Origin: Candidatus Heimdallarchaeota archaeon
GTDB lineage: Archaea; Asgardarchaeota; Heimdallarchaeia; JABLTI01
Length of the DNA: 18,497 nt
NCBI GenBank assembly: GCA_019056785.1
Contig: DXJV01000011.1
Span: forward strand, 1-18,497
Direction: 5' to 3'
Part shown: in pieces, positions 6,767-15,036 of the stretch
Layout: every line of letters begins with the position of its first letter
How positions within the stretch are numbered: the first letter of the stretch is position 1
The notes under the pieces: generated by a model
Seen by the model: only the letters and a program-made list of their open reading frames with translations
Told to the model about the DNA's origin: nothing
The model's database searches: none
Position numbers and translations under genes: made by a program

Positions 6767-8530
6767 ATGAAATTCAGTAAAATACTACTTATTGATAATA
6801 ATAAGTCAATAAAAAAGTTGATACAAAAGATATTTCATGCAAGTAAATATAAAACACAAATTATTTTATGCAAAGATAAAAAGAATCTTATCGAGCAATT
6901 AAATACTCATAATTTTGATTTAATACTAATTAATAATGAATTAACGTGGACTTGTTCGAAAGCACTAATTGATCTCTTGATTGTGGAAAAACCATATGTT
7001 GGGAAGATAGTTTTTAGTCATAATTGTATTAATCAATTATCAAATGATCTATTATCAAAAGTAGAATTCGTAATTAATAAAATAAGAAAAAATAAAGAGA
7101 ATCTCTTGGCCACATTTACCTTTGCTTTTAATAGAGCCAAGGAAAAAAGAAAACTCGGGCGAATTAATGAAGAATTTCTAGCACTTTTTAACAATGTTCA
7201 CATTGGTTTATTTAAGCTTGATACTATAGGAAAAATACAAACTTGTAATGATACACTGGTTAAATTATTAGGATTTAACAGTAAAAGTGAACTAATAGGA
7301 CGTGAATTAAAGGATTTTATTATAGTTCAACATAATAAAAATCTTGATAATTTATCCAAAATTAATAATAAACAAGAAAATTTGCCATTTATTCAGGGTA
7401 AAGTCAAAATAAAACGGAAAGATGGCGAAATTATCTGGACAGCAATAGATACAAAGCCAATTTATTTTGAGAATAATATTTTCCTTAATTTGTATGGTAG
7501 TGTTAAAGATATTAGTGATGAAGTTAAACTAATTCAAGAAAAAAAAGACAGGCAAACTAATTTACAACTATTCATAGATTCTGCTAACACTTATTTTGTT
7601 GTTCTGGATAAAAATGGTTTAATTTTAATGGTTAATAAAAAATTAGCTGATTTCTATGGCTTGTCAAAAGAAGAATTAATCGGTAATAAATGGAGTGATG
7701 TTATTTTAAATAAAAAACAAAGAGAACGTTTTGAAGTTGCATTTAAAAATATTCTATCAGGTAATATCGAACATTACTTGCATACTGAAACACGTAGAAT
7801 TAATTCTCAAGGTGAAGAAATAGTCATTTTATGGCATAATACTGTTATAAAAAACGGGTATGAAATAACTGCCATAATAAGCTCTGGTATCGATATAACA
7901 GAAAGGAAAAAGTTAGAAGAAGCATTAAAAAACTCTGTAGAACTTTATCGAAGAGTTTTTGAAAATACCGGAACATCAATGGTTGTTGTTGAGGACAAGG
8001 AAACAATCATAGCATGTAATTCAAAATTTCAATTATTATCAGGTTATTCTCATGGAGAAATTATAAACAGTAAATGGAGTAAGTTTATTCATAAAAATGA
8101 TTTAGATTATCTAAATTTAATTGCAAAAGAAAGGTTTGAGAAACCAGAAAGCTTTCCAAGAAACATCAACTTCCGCATAATAACTTTAGATAATCAAAGT
8201 AAAACGATTTGGGCTGTAATTGATGCAATACCTAATACTCATAGAAGTGTTATTTCTATGCAGGATATAACTGATAAAATAATACTCGAGCAAGTAAAAG
8301 AAATGTCTTATCAACAGCTAGAAATGAATATAGAACAATTCGCAATTCTTATCGATAGTATTCGAAATCCAATTTCAGTTATCATGGGTCTTACAGATAT
8401 AGAAGAGAATGAAATAACTGCACAAATAGCAGAACAAGCAAAATTAATTGATGAGACACTACAACAGTTAGATAGACGATGGCTTGAATCAATAAATGTT
8501 AAAAATTTCTTATCAAAATATGAGAGCTAA
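6767..8530 (+). CDS. Pseudo-receiver plus three PAS domains plus C-terminal DHp/HisKA-like domain (no ATPase domain)
   Basis: REC-like (ILLID; FDLILINN, with N at the phospho-Asp site). Three PAS/PAC repeats end in VKDISD, GIDITERK and MQDITD. The tail is NIEQFAILIDSIRNPISVIMG...LDRRWLES. Confidence 0.85.
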   Translation: MKFSKILLIDNNKSIKKLIQKIFHASKYKTQIILCKDKKNLIEQLNTHNFDLILINNELTWTCSKALIDLLIVEKPYVGKIVFSHNCINQLSNDLLSKVEFVINKIRKNKENLLATFTFAFNRAKEKRKLGRINEEFLALFNNVHIGLFKLDTIGKIQTCNDTLVKLLGFNSKSELIGRELKDFIIVQHNKNLDNLSKINNKQENLPFIQGKVKIKRKDGEIIWTAIDTKPIYFENNIFLNLYGSVKDISDEVKLIQEKKDRQTNLQLFIDSANTYFVVLDKNGLILMVNKKLADFYGLSKEELIGNKWSDVILNKKQRERFEVAFKNILSGNIEHYLHTETRRINSQGEEIVILWHNTVIKNGYEITAIISSGIDITERKKLEEALKNSVELYRRVFENTGTSMVVVEDKETIIACNSKFQLLSGYSHGEIINSKWSKFIHKNDLDYLNLIAKERFEKPESFPRNINFRIITLDNQSKTIWAVIDAIPNTHRSVISMQDITDKIILEQVKEMSYQQLEMNIEQFAILIDSIRNPISVIMGLTDIEENEITAQIAEQAKLIDETLQQLDRRWLESINVKNFLSKYES

Positions 8531-8588
8531 TAGAGCTACAACTATTTTTGTTTTCTAGTTTTTTATATGAATATGTAAAAAAGTAGTA

Positions 8589-8660
8589 GGAGTCAGATCG
8601 TCGCATGCACATCACTTTGTGGTGTGGAATCCTCAGTCTGGGGCGTCTTCATCATTCTCC
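8589..8660 (-). ncRNA. Box C/D 2'-O-methylation guide sRNA
   Basis: Minus strand reads GGAG-A-[C box AUGAUGA]-AGACGCCCCAGA-[D' CUGA]-17 nt-[C' GUGAUGU]-GCAUGCGACGAU-[D CUGA]-CUCC. It has a 4-bp terminal stem and two 12-nt guides, with a TATA-like TTTTTAGA about 25 nt upstream. Confidence 0.9.
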
Positions 8661-8862
8661 GTGATTGTTATTCTATTTGCGTTCTAAAAATCTTTGGATG
8701 CTTTGTTAATCCATACAAATGTGACAAAATAGTGGTTCTTTAGAAAGCCATACTGGTTTTGCAAACCTTGAGGAGTGCTTTCTCATTGGGGAGAATCCAA
8801 ATGTCAGTGTATTTATTTGGATGATAAAACATTTTATAATGGTGCGGTTCTGTAGAATAAGT

Positions 8863-9663
8863 ATGGAACGACAATTTCCTTTGACCGAAGAAGAAAAGCA
8901 GATGCGCCGCTTAAAAAACCAACAACTCGTAGAGGCAGCCTTATATCTCGCAGGGCGACCGGTACAGCAACTCGAGCTTGCGCAAGTAACTGGCATTGAC
9001 ACAACAGAAATAGGGCAACTCATTCGTGACCTTCAAGAAAAATACCGGCAGTATTTTAGTGGCTTTGAAATTGTCGAGCTTCCCGGAAAGAAATTTGTCT
9101 TTCAAGTTCGACATGACGTGGCTGAACATGTGAAGGAGATCACTCTGCAACCGCTTTTATCTCTCGCAGAATTACGTACTTTAGCAATGATTGCCTATCA
9201 GCAACCGATTCTCCAATCTTCCGTTGCAAAGGTTCGAGGGCAACAGGCTTATGCTCATATTAAAAATCTAATTCGAAATGGTTTTGTCAAAGCGACGCGA
9301 GTGAAACAAACGTTGGAGCTTCGCACTACGCCGATGTTTTCTGATTATTTTGGCCTTTCACACGACACCGGGGTACTTAAACGACAACTTGGCTGGCGAA
9401 CAAAGCGCATGATAAAAGAGAAGAAAATAAAAGAGCGCGATTCCTATTCAATTGATTCCTTTATGGAAAAGTTGGGCTTAAGCGATAAAGCAGAAGGGGC
9501 GACCTCTAAAGAGGACCTGGAGGCTAAAATTCCGGTAGACAAAGATTCAGCCCGGGATCTTTTCACTACTGTTCTCGATGACCTCGAGGGACCAGATCCA
9601 TTTGAGAACGAAGAACTCACAGGAAATACTGATGAAAAGAAAAGCGAAGAAAAAGAAAATTAA
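8863..9663 (+). CDS. scpB: SMC-Scp complex subunit ScpB (kite, tandem winged helix) with charged C-terminal tail
   Basis: LVEAALYLAGRP, LSLAELRTLAMIAYQQPI, VRG, YAHIKNL and TTPMFSDYFGL motifs. ATG 8863 follows the TATA-like TTTTATAA at 8832. Confidence 0.93.
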   Translation: MERQFPLTEEEKQMRRLKNQQLVEAALYLAGRPVQQLELAQVTGIDTTEIGQLIRDLQEKYRQYFSGFEIVELPGKKFVFQVRHDVAEHVKEITLQPLLSLAELRTLAMIAYQQPILQSSVAKVRGQQAYAHIKNLIRNGFVKATRVKQTLELRTTPMFSDYFGLSHDTGVLKRQLGWRTKRMIKEKKIKERDSYSIDSFMEKLGLSDKAEGATSKEDLEAKIPVDKDSARDLFTTVLDDLEGPDPFENEELTGNTDEKKSEEKEN

Positions 9664-9697
9664 AAAAAATTCCCCCCTCTTTGTGGGGATTATTTTT
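9662..9697. terminator. Bidirectional terminator-like hairpin between convergent scpB and PRC-barrel genes
   Basis: A8-TT-CCCC...GGGGA-TTATTTTT. Confidence 0.45.
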
Positions 9698-10406
9698 GAT
9701 AGAGATAGCAACTAAAGTCTCGATGTTCCTCAATGGAGCGTTTACATAAGAGCTGTATTTTTCCTTGCTTTGGTGCCTTTAACGAATTGAAATATTCTTG
9801 TTGTGTTTCTTCATCTAAAGGTAAATTATCTTTAGTTAAATGTAAGTCTGCGTAGCTAATTGTTAGATGTAGCTTTCCTTTTTCTATTCTGTCAATGAAC
9901 TCAATTGGGAGAAACAAATCAACATTTTCTTTCAGTTTCAATTGCTCGGAGAGCTCCTCAAATCGTGTCCCCCCTAATACAAATCCAACTTCTCCTGATG
10001 GGAGGAGTACAAAATTAACCACCCGGGCGAATTTGTTGCCATTTGCATCTACCACCCGTTTTCGTTTGAGTTCGTTATAATAAATAACATCATCTGGTAG
10101 AACATCTTCTTCTAGTTTATGTTTTAATCGTGACTTTGTAATGTTTAATTCAATAATTTCATCAGTGATGTTTACGATATTTTTGACTAAAATGACTGGG
10201 TCAATATCATCCACAACCCCAAGAGCTTCTCTGAACTCTTCCCAGCGGGAGCCACCGATAAGGAAGGAATGAAGTTCCAAATCCTCTGTAAAAACAGCTT
10301 CAATTATTGTCCCAATTTTATATTCATCTTTACTTATCACTGATCGTTTTTTCAACTCGCTCATAGTAACGGCATTTGGAAGTTCAAACTGTAACATTTC
10401 TTTCAC
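9690..10406 (-). CDS. Tandem PRC-barrel domain protein
   Basis: Two internal repeats: MSELKKRSVISKDEYKIGTIIEAVF...LIGGSRWEE...VILVKNI and YNELKRKRVVDANGNKFARVVNFVL...VLGGTRFEE...FLPIEFI. The start is either GTG 10406 or ATG 10397. Confidence 0.82.
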   Translation of the reverse strand: MKEMLQFELPNAVTMSELKKRSVISKDEYKIGTIIEAVFTEDLELHSFLIGGSRWEEFREALGVVDDIDPVILVKNIVNITDEIIELNITKSRLKHKLEEDVLPDDVIYYNELKRKRVVDANGNKFARVVNFVLLPSGEVGFVLGGTRFEELSEQLKLKENVDLFLPIEFIDRIEKGKLHLTISYADLHLTKDNLPLDEETQQEYFNSLKAPKQGKIQLLCKRSIEEHRDFSCYLYQK

Positions 10407-10500
10407 GAAGACAGTTATTTGTCTTTACCAATTTAAATTTTAGTTTATTATCAAAAAAGTGTTGAATAACTAGTGAACTACTTGTTGTAAAATCCTTCCA

Positions 10501-10559
10501 AAAGCTTTTAATGTAGAAGTTTTTTTTGTGGGAATAGTTCTTCAAAATTTTTTGAAGAA
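10501..10559 (+). promoter_or_regulatory. sucCD promoter (BRE/TATA) followed by a perfect 10-bp inverted repeat
   Basis: AAAGC-TTTTAAT at 10501-10512 and TTCTTCAAAA-TT-TTTTGAAGAA at 10538-10559. Confidence 0.5.
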
Positions 10560-10598
10560 AAAACCAGAAAAAGATAAACTAACAAGGAGTCTAGTCAC

Positions 10599-11756
10599 TT
10601 GGGACTATTATTAGAACACGAAGGAAAGCAAATTTTCCAGAAGTTAGGAATACCTCTCTTACCTGGGAAAGTAGCAAGAGATCTTTCAGAGGCAGAACAA
10701 GCCGCGAAAGAGCTAGGTTATCCTGTTGTCGTGAAAGGGCAAATCCTTCATGGCGGCCGTGGAAAGGCAGGATTGATCAAAGTAGTGAAGAATGAGGACG
10801 AGCTTAAAGAGGTCACACCCACTATCCTCGCCGGAACAATTAAGAACATGAAAGTTCAGTGCCTTCTTATCGAGAAGGCTGCAAAGATCATCAATGAGCT
10901 CTATATTAGTGCTATGTTTGACACCTTTGCTCGTGAGATAATTTTCATTATGAGCACAGAAGGTGGCGTTGATATAGAAAGCGTCGCAGCTAAGACGCCA
11001 GAGAAAGTTCAAAAGAAACGGTTTCCCATTGATTATCCTCTCAAAACAGAGGAAGCAGCAAAACTCGCAGAAGCACTTGGCTTTAAGGGCGATGAATTGA
11101 ACCAGTTAACCGACATTTTAATGAAAATTTGGACGGGTTTACATACTCTCGATTTACAATTAATTGAGATAAATCCCCTTGCTGTTTTAGAAGGCGGTAA
11201 AATTATTGCTTTGGATTCAAAGGTTATTATTGATGACAACGCCATTTTTCGCCATCCACTCTACCAAGAATTCATGGAAAAACGCATTCCAGATGATCCA
11301 CTCGAGGAGAAAGCTAAGAATTATGGTGTTGCCTTTGTTCGTTTAGATGGGGACATCGGCATTATTGGTAACGGTGCAGGGTTGGTCATGGGAACGACTG
11401 ACTTAATCCAGGAATTTGGCGGTAAACCGGCGAACTTTCTTGATGTAGGTGGTGGTGCTTCTACTGAGCGTGTCCTAAATGCTCTGAGCATTGTTAAAGA
11501 GGTAGGTGAGACAGGAGAGCCCATTGATGTTTTGCTTGTCAACATTTTTGGCGGCATCACTCGGTGCGATCATGTTGCAGAAGCAGTCGTAGAAGTACGT
11601 GATAAGCTAGGATTAAAGATGCCTTTTGTTGTTCGACTTGTAGGTACCAAACAAAAAGAGGGCATGACAATCCTGGAAAAAGCCGGAATGAATGCTTTTA
11701 CAGAGATGGAAGCTGCTGTGAAAAAAGCAGTGGAAATTGCCAACGCGAAAAAATAG
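10599..11756 (+). CDS. sucC: Succinyl-CoA synthetase beta subunit
   Basis: LLEHEGK, GGRGKAG, EINPL, GNGAGL, PANFLDVGGGA, NIFGGITRCD and VVRLVGT motifs. TTG start with AGGAG upstream. Confidence 0.97.
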   Translation: MGLLLEHEGKQIFQKLGIPLLPGKVARDLSEAEQAAKELGYPVVVKGQILHGGRGKAGLIKVVKNEDELKEVTPTILAGTIKNMKVQCLLIEKAAKIINELYISAMFDTFAREIIFIMSTEGGVDIESVAAKTPEKVQKKRFPIDYPLKTEEAAKLAEALGFKGDELNQLTDILMKIWTGLHTLDLQLIEINPLAVLEGGKIIALDSKVIIDDNAIFRHPLYQEFMEKRIPDDPLEEKAKNYGVAFVRLDGDIGIIGNGAGLVMGTTDLIQEFGGKPANFLDVGGGASTERVLNALSIVKEVGETGEPIDVLLVNIFGGITRCDHVAEAVVEVRDKLGLKMPFVVRLVGTKQKEGMTILEKAGMNAFTEMEAAVKKAVEIANAKK

Positions 11757-11770
11757 TGGTGGTATGAAGA

Positions 11771-12637
11771 ATGAAGATTTTAATTGATAAGAATACTCGA
11801 GTATTAGTACAGGGAATTACCGGAACACAGGGTTCCTTCCATACTAAAGCGATGCTGGATTTCGGCACTAAAGTTGTTGCAGGTGTGACACCCAAAAAAG
11901 GCGGACAAGAAGTTCATGGAGTGCCTGTCTACAATACCATTGCTGAGGCAAAAGAAAAACACGAGATTGACGCATCGGTTATTTTTGTTCCGGCAAAATA
12001 TACCGCCGGTGCTTTAAATGAAGCGATCGATGCTGACATCCCCCTAATTGTCGTTATTACAGAGCATGTCCCTGTTTGGGATGCTGCTCGAGCCGTTGAA
12101 AAAGCAAAGCAGAAAGGAATCACAATAATTGGCCCCAATACTCCTGGCCTTGTGTCGACAGATGGCTGTAAAATCGGTATAATGCCGAACCAGATTTTCA
12201 AACGAGGAAAAGTAGGTGTTATTGCTCGTAGTGGAACTCTGTCTTACGAGGTAATTTTGGCATTAACAAACAAAGGCTTTGGTGAAACAACGTGCATTGG
12301 AATTGGTGGTGACCCGGCTCACGGGTTTGGTTTTGTAGATGGTCTGGCACTCTTCGAAAAGGACCCTGAAACAGAAGCCATTGTCTTGATCGGTGAAATT
12401 GGTGGAACAGAAGAAGAACATGCTGCAGAATACATCAAAAAGAGCGTGACAAAACCTGTTGTTGCCTTTATCGGCGGTCGAACGGCTCCCCCTGGAAAGA
12501 AAATGGGCCACGCCGGTGCAATTGTTTCTGGTGGCAAAGGCACTGCTGCATCCAAGATTAAGGTTCTTGAAGAAGCAGGTGTTTCTGTCGCACGACTCAT
12601 TAGTGATATCCCGAAAATCCTCAAAGAGAAGTTATAA
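11771..12637 (+). CDS. sucD: Succinyl-CoA synthetase alpha subunit
   Basis: [37 protein letters not shown] and the phospho-His motif MGHAGAI. Confidence 0.97.
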   Translation: MKILIDKNTRVLVQGITGTQGSFHTKAMLDFGTKVVAGVTPKKGGQEVHGVPVYNTIAEAKEKHEIDASVIFVPAKYTAGALNEAIDADIPLIVVITEHVPVWDAARAVEKAKQKGITIIGPNTPGLVSTDGCKIGIMPNQIFKRGKVGVIARSGTLSYEVILALTNKGFGETTCIGIGGDPAHGFGFVDGLALFEKDPETEAIVLIGEIGGTEEEHAAEYIKKSVTKPVVAFIGGRTAPPGKKMGHAGAIVSGGKGTAASKIKVLEEAGVSVARLISDIPKILKEKL

Positions 12638-12673
12638 TTCTCTTTTCCCCTCTTTTTTCCTTCTTTTTTCTTT
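12638..12673 (+). terminator. Pyrimidine-rich terminator after sucD
   Basis: TTCTCTTTTCCCCTCTTTTTTCCTTCTTTTTTCTTT. Confidence 0.55.
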
Positions 12674-12823
12674 CGAAAAATCACCAATGGTGACAATGCA
12701 AAGATTTTTTGCCAAGTTCCACTTAAGAGTAAAACGAGAAAAACTAAAAAGTTTGCAAAGAATAGAGTTATAAATTCATGTTGCAAATAAAATATAAGAA
12801 AGATTCTCTTTGGAGCGACAGAA

Positions 12824-13315
12824 ATGCCACAAGAATGGGTAATGTATATCAGTGTTGTAGCTATTGGCGTTCTAACTATTGCAGGTGTGACTTTGACTTT
12901 TAACTCAATTAATACCACTACTCTCGAGAATACAATTGAAGTTGGCTTGAATGAGGTGGCGTTTTCGGTTGCTCAAGAGATTAAAAATGTCTTGGAGTTA
13001 GGCTTGCAGCAGGACCTAACCGGTCGAGTGATCATTAATCGTTCTCTCATTCTGCCGCTTGACCTTTCGAGCCATGACTATCAAATTACCTTCCGTATTT
13101 TACCCGGGGCAAACCATTGGTTTATCGAAGCGTCTGACCTTACAGATTCAAATATTCAAGAAGTCGTTTTTGAAACTACCATCCCATGGCGCAATGTCAC
13201 CCTTGTCAGCCCTTCCGGTCTTGGCCTGCCAGTAATTACAAGCACTCTTGACCAGCATTATGTTGCTTTTCAGAGTCTCGAGGGAACGGAAGCTTTTAGA
13301 ATAATTATACTATAA
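12824..13315 (+). CDS. Archaeal type IV pilin-like protein
   Basis: An N-terminal hydrophobic helix (EWVMYISVVAIGVLTIAGV) continues into a long amphipathic helix and then a beta-rich domain. It lies directly upstream of a pilus ATPase. TATA-like TTATAAAT at 12768. Confidence 0.6.
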   Translation: MPQEWVMYISVVAIGVLTIAGVTLTFNSINTTTLENTIEVGLNEVAFSVAQEIKNVLELGLQQDLTGRVIINRSLILPLDLSSHDYQITFRILPGANHWFIEASDLTDSNIQEVVFETTIPWRNVTLVSPSGLGLPVITSTLDQHYVAFQSLEGTEAFRIIIL

Positions 13316-13334
13316 GTATTAGGTGTGCAGTAAA

Positions 13335-14882
13335 ATGACTGAAAAGAGCCCACAAGATAAAGACCTTAAACCAGTCTCCTCCATCGACTCAGCGCCCTTA
13401 TTGGAAGAGACTTACCCTCTCATTCCTCCCTTCAGCTATTGTTTGATTCAGACAGACCCCATCTCCAATAGAACACAGTACATTGTGGTTGAAGTTCCAT
13501 TGGAGCAGAAAGAGGAGGAAAAGTTCAAGATCATTAAGCAGATTCTCATCGAAGAGCTCGACGTGGACTTTTCTCTCTTGAAAGAAAAGGACCGTGCCGC
13601 AGAATATTTGAGAAGAAAGGTTTTCGATATCGTTAAAGATTATAACCTCAAATTGAAAGATGATTCATTTGATCGAATCCTCTATTATGTACAGCGTGAT
13701 TTGTTAGGGTTTGGGAAAATTGAACCATTGTTAAAGGACCATATGATTGAAGACATCTCCTGCGATGGCGTTGGTGTTCCTATTTATGTCTGGCACCGGA
13801 AACATGAGTCTATCCCGACGAACATTGTCTTTGATGACGCGGAAGAACTCGACTCGTTTGTTATCAAACTTGCTCAAAGGTCCGGCCGACATATCAGCGT
13901 TGCTAATCCCATTGTTGACGCTTCGCTTGCAGACGGAAGCCGTATCAACATTACTTACGGGAAAGAAGTCACTCAAAGAGGTTCAACCTTCACTATCCGG
14001 AAATTCCGCTCAGACCCAATGACTATTACTGACCTTATCATGCTGAATACTATCGATCCTTTGATAGGGGCGTTCTATTGGTTTGTCATTGAGAATCGAC
14101 ATTCGGTCATGATTTCAGGTGGTGTGGCTTCCGGAAAAACCACCCTCTTGAACTGTATCTCTATGTTCATTCTACCAGATGCTAAGATTATCTCTATTGA
14201 AGATACCGCTGAAATTAATCTCCCCCACGAGAATTGGATTCCTTCGGTCTCGAGATTGGGGTTTGGTGGCATAGAAAAAGATGGCAAAAAGCGAGGAGAA
14301 ATCTCAATGTTCGACCTCCTCAAAGCAGCTTTGCGACAAAGGCCAGATTATATCCTCGTAGGTGAAATCCGTGGTGAGGAGGCGTATATGCTCTTCCAGT
14401 CAATGGCAACAGGGCATCTCGGTTTGGCAACCATTCATGGTGACTCTGTCGAATCAGTCATTCATCGTCTCGAGTCAGAACCAATGAATATTCCCCGAAC
14501 ATTATTACGTTCCCTTGACATTGTCGCTGTGCAAGCAAAAGTACGCTTGGGCGGGAAATTCATGCGCCGAACTGTTGAGGTCACAGAAATTGCCGGCGTA
14601 GATCCAGTTACTAATGAGTTGTTAACTAATCCTGTCTTCAAATGGAATCCCAGAGAAGACAATTTCACCTTCTATGGTCGTTCCTATATTGTTGAACGTA
14701 TTCGCGACCAATTAGGATGGACCGACCAAGAATGTTGGGATGAAATTGAGAAACGGAAAACCGTTCTCCGCTGGATGGTCAAGAAGAAGATCCGCCACTG
14801 GCAAGATGTGGCTACTGTCGTTAGAGAATATTATAGTAATCCACAACGAACTTATGATAGGGCTGTTAAAGGTTTGGAATAA
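13335..14882 (+). CDS. Type IV pilus/archaellum-type assembly ATPase (PilB/ArlI/TadA family)
   Basis: IEDISCDG, STFTIRKF, Walker A GGVASGKT, SIEDTAE, ALRQRPDYILVGEIRG and MATGH...TIH motifs. The start may instead be GTG 13323. Confidence 0.95.
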   Translation: MTEKSPQDKDLKPVSSIDSAPLLEETYPLIPPFSYCLIQTDPISNRTQYIVVEVPLEQKEEEKFKIIKQILIEELDVDFSLLKEKDRAAEYLRRKVFDIVKDYNLKLKDDSFDRILYYVQRDLLGFGKIEPLLKDHMIEDISCDGVGVPIYVWHRKHESIPTNIVFDDAEELDSFVIKLAQRSGRHISVANPIVDASLADGSRINITYGKEVTQRGSTFTIRKFRSDPMTITDLIMLNTIDPLIGAFYWFVIENRHSVMISGGVASGKTTLLNCISMFILPDAKIISIEDTAEINLPHENWIPSVSRLGFGGIEKDGKKRGEISMFDLLKAALRQRPDYILVGEIRGEEAYMLFQSMATGHLGLATIHGDSVESVIHRLESEPMNIPRTLLRSLDIVAVQAKVRLGGKFMRRTVEVTEIAGVDPVTNELLTNPVFKWNPREDNFTFYGRSYIVERIRDQLGWTDQECWDEIEKRKTVLRWMVKKKIRHWQDVATVVREYYSNPQRTYDRAVKGLE

Positions 14883-14920
14883 AAGAAAAACCAACTCCCG
14901 CTACCCCTCACAAAGAGTGC

Positions 14921-14951
14921 CCTCTTTTTCCATTTTTTCTCTTTTCACCTC
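14921..14951 (+). terminator. Pyrimidine-rich terminator-like tract after the ATPase
   Basis: CCTCTTTTTCCATTTTTTCTCTTTTCACCTC. Confidence 0.45.
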
Positions 14952-15036
14952 TTAAAAGGCGTTTTTCTTATATGAGTACTAGAACATTAAATTTTAAAAT
15001 GAAGAAAGTCTAATACTTTTAGAGGAAGGTAAGCAC

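Larger units (their letters stand above)
2950..8575. other. AT-rich signalling island
   Basis: Visibly lower GC than the flanks (hand count: 12/60 GC at 6781-6840 versus 28/60 at 13741-13800). All genes lie on the + strand, two pseudogenes are present, and no integrase is seen. Confidence 0.75.

Noticed and set aside
8589-8650. tRNA-like 3' end on the + strand (GGTGTGGAATCC...GGGGCG)
   Set aside because: No TTCRA T-loop and no cloverleaf. The minus-strand box C/D reading explains the region fully.
8755-8800. Riboswitch-like words (GCAAACC as in c-di-GMP-I; GGAGTGC...GAGA as in TPP)
   Set aside because: The other conserved elements (GNRA loop and GACGCAAA; CUGAGA and CCUGAU) are missing.
8706-9023. 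105-aa minus-strand ORF
   Set aside because: Antisense overlap with scpB and no recognisable motifs.
12319-12918. 199-aa minus-strand ORF, and the 104-aa + strand ORF 12459..12773
   Set aside because: Shadow frames overlapping sucD, its terminator and the pilin-like gene.
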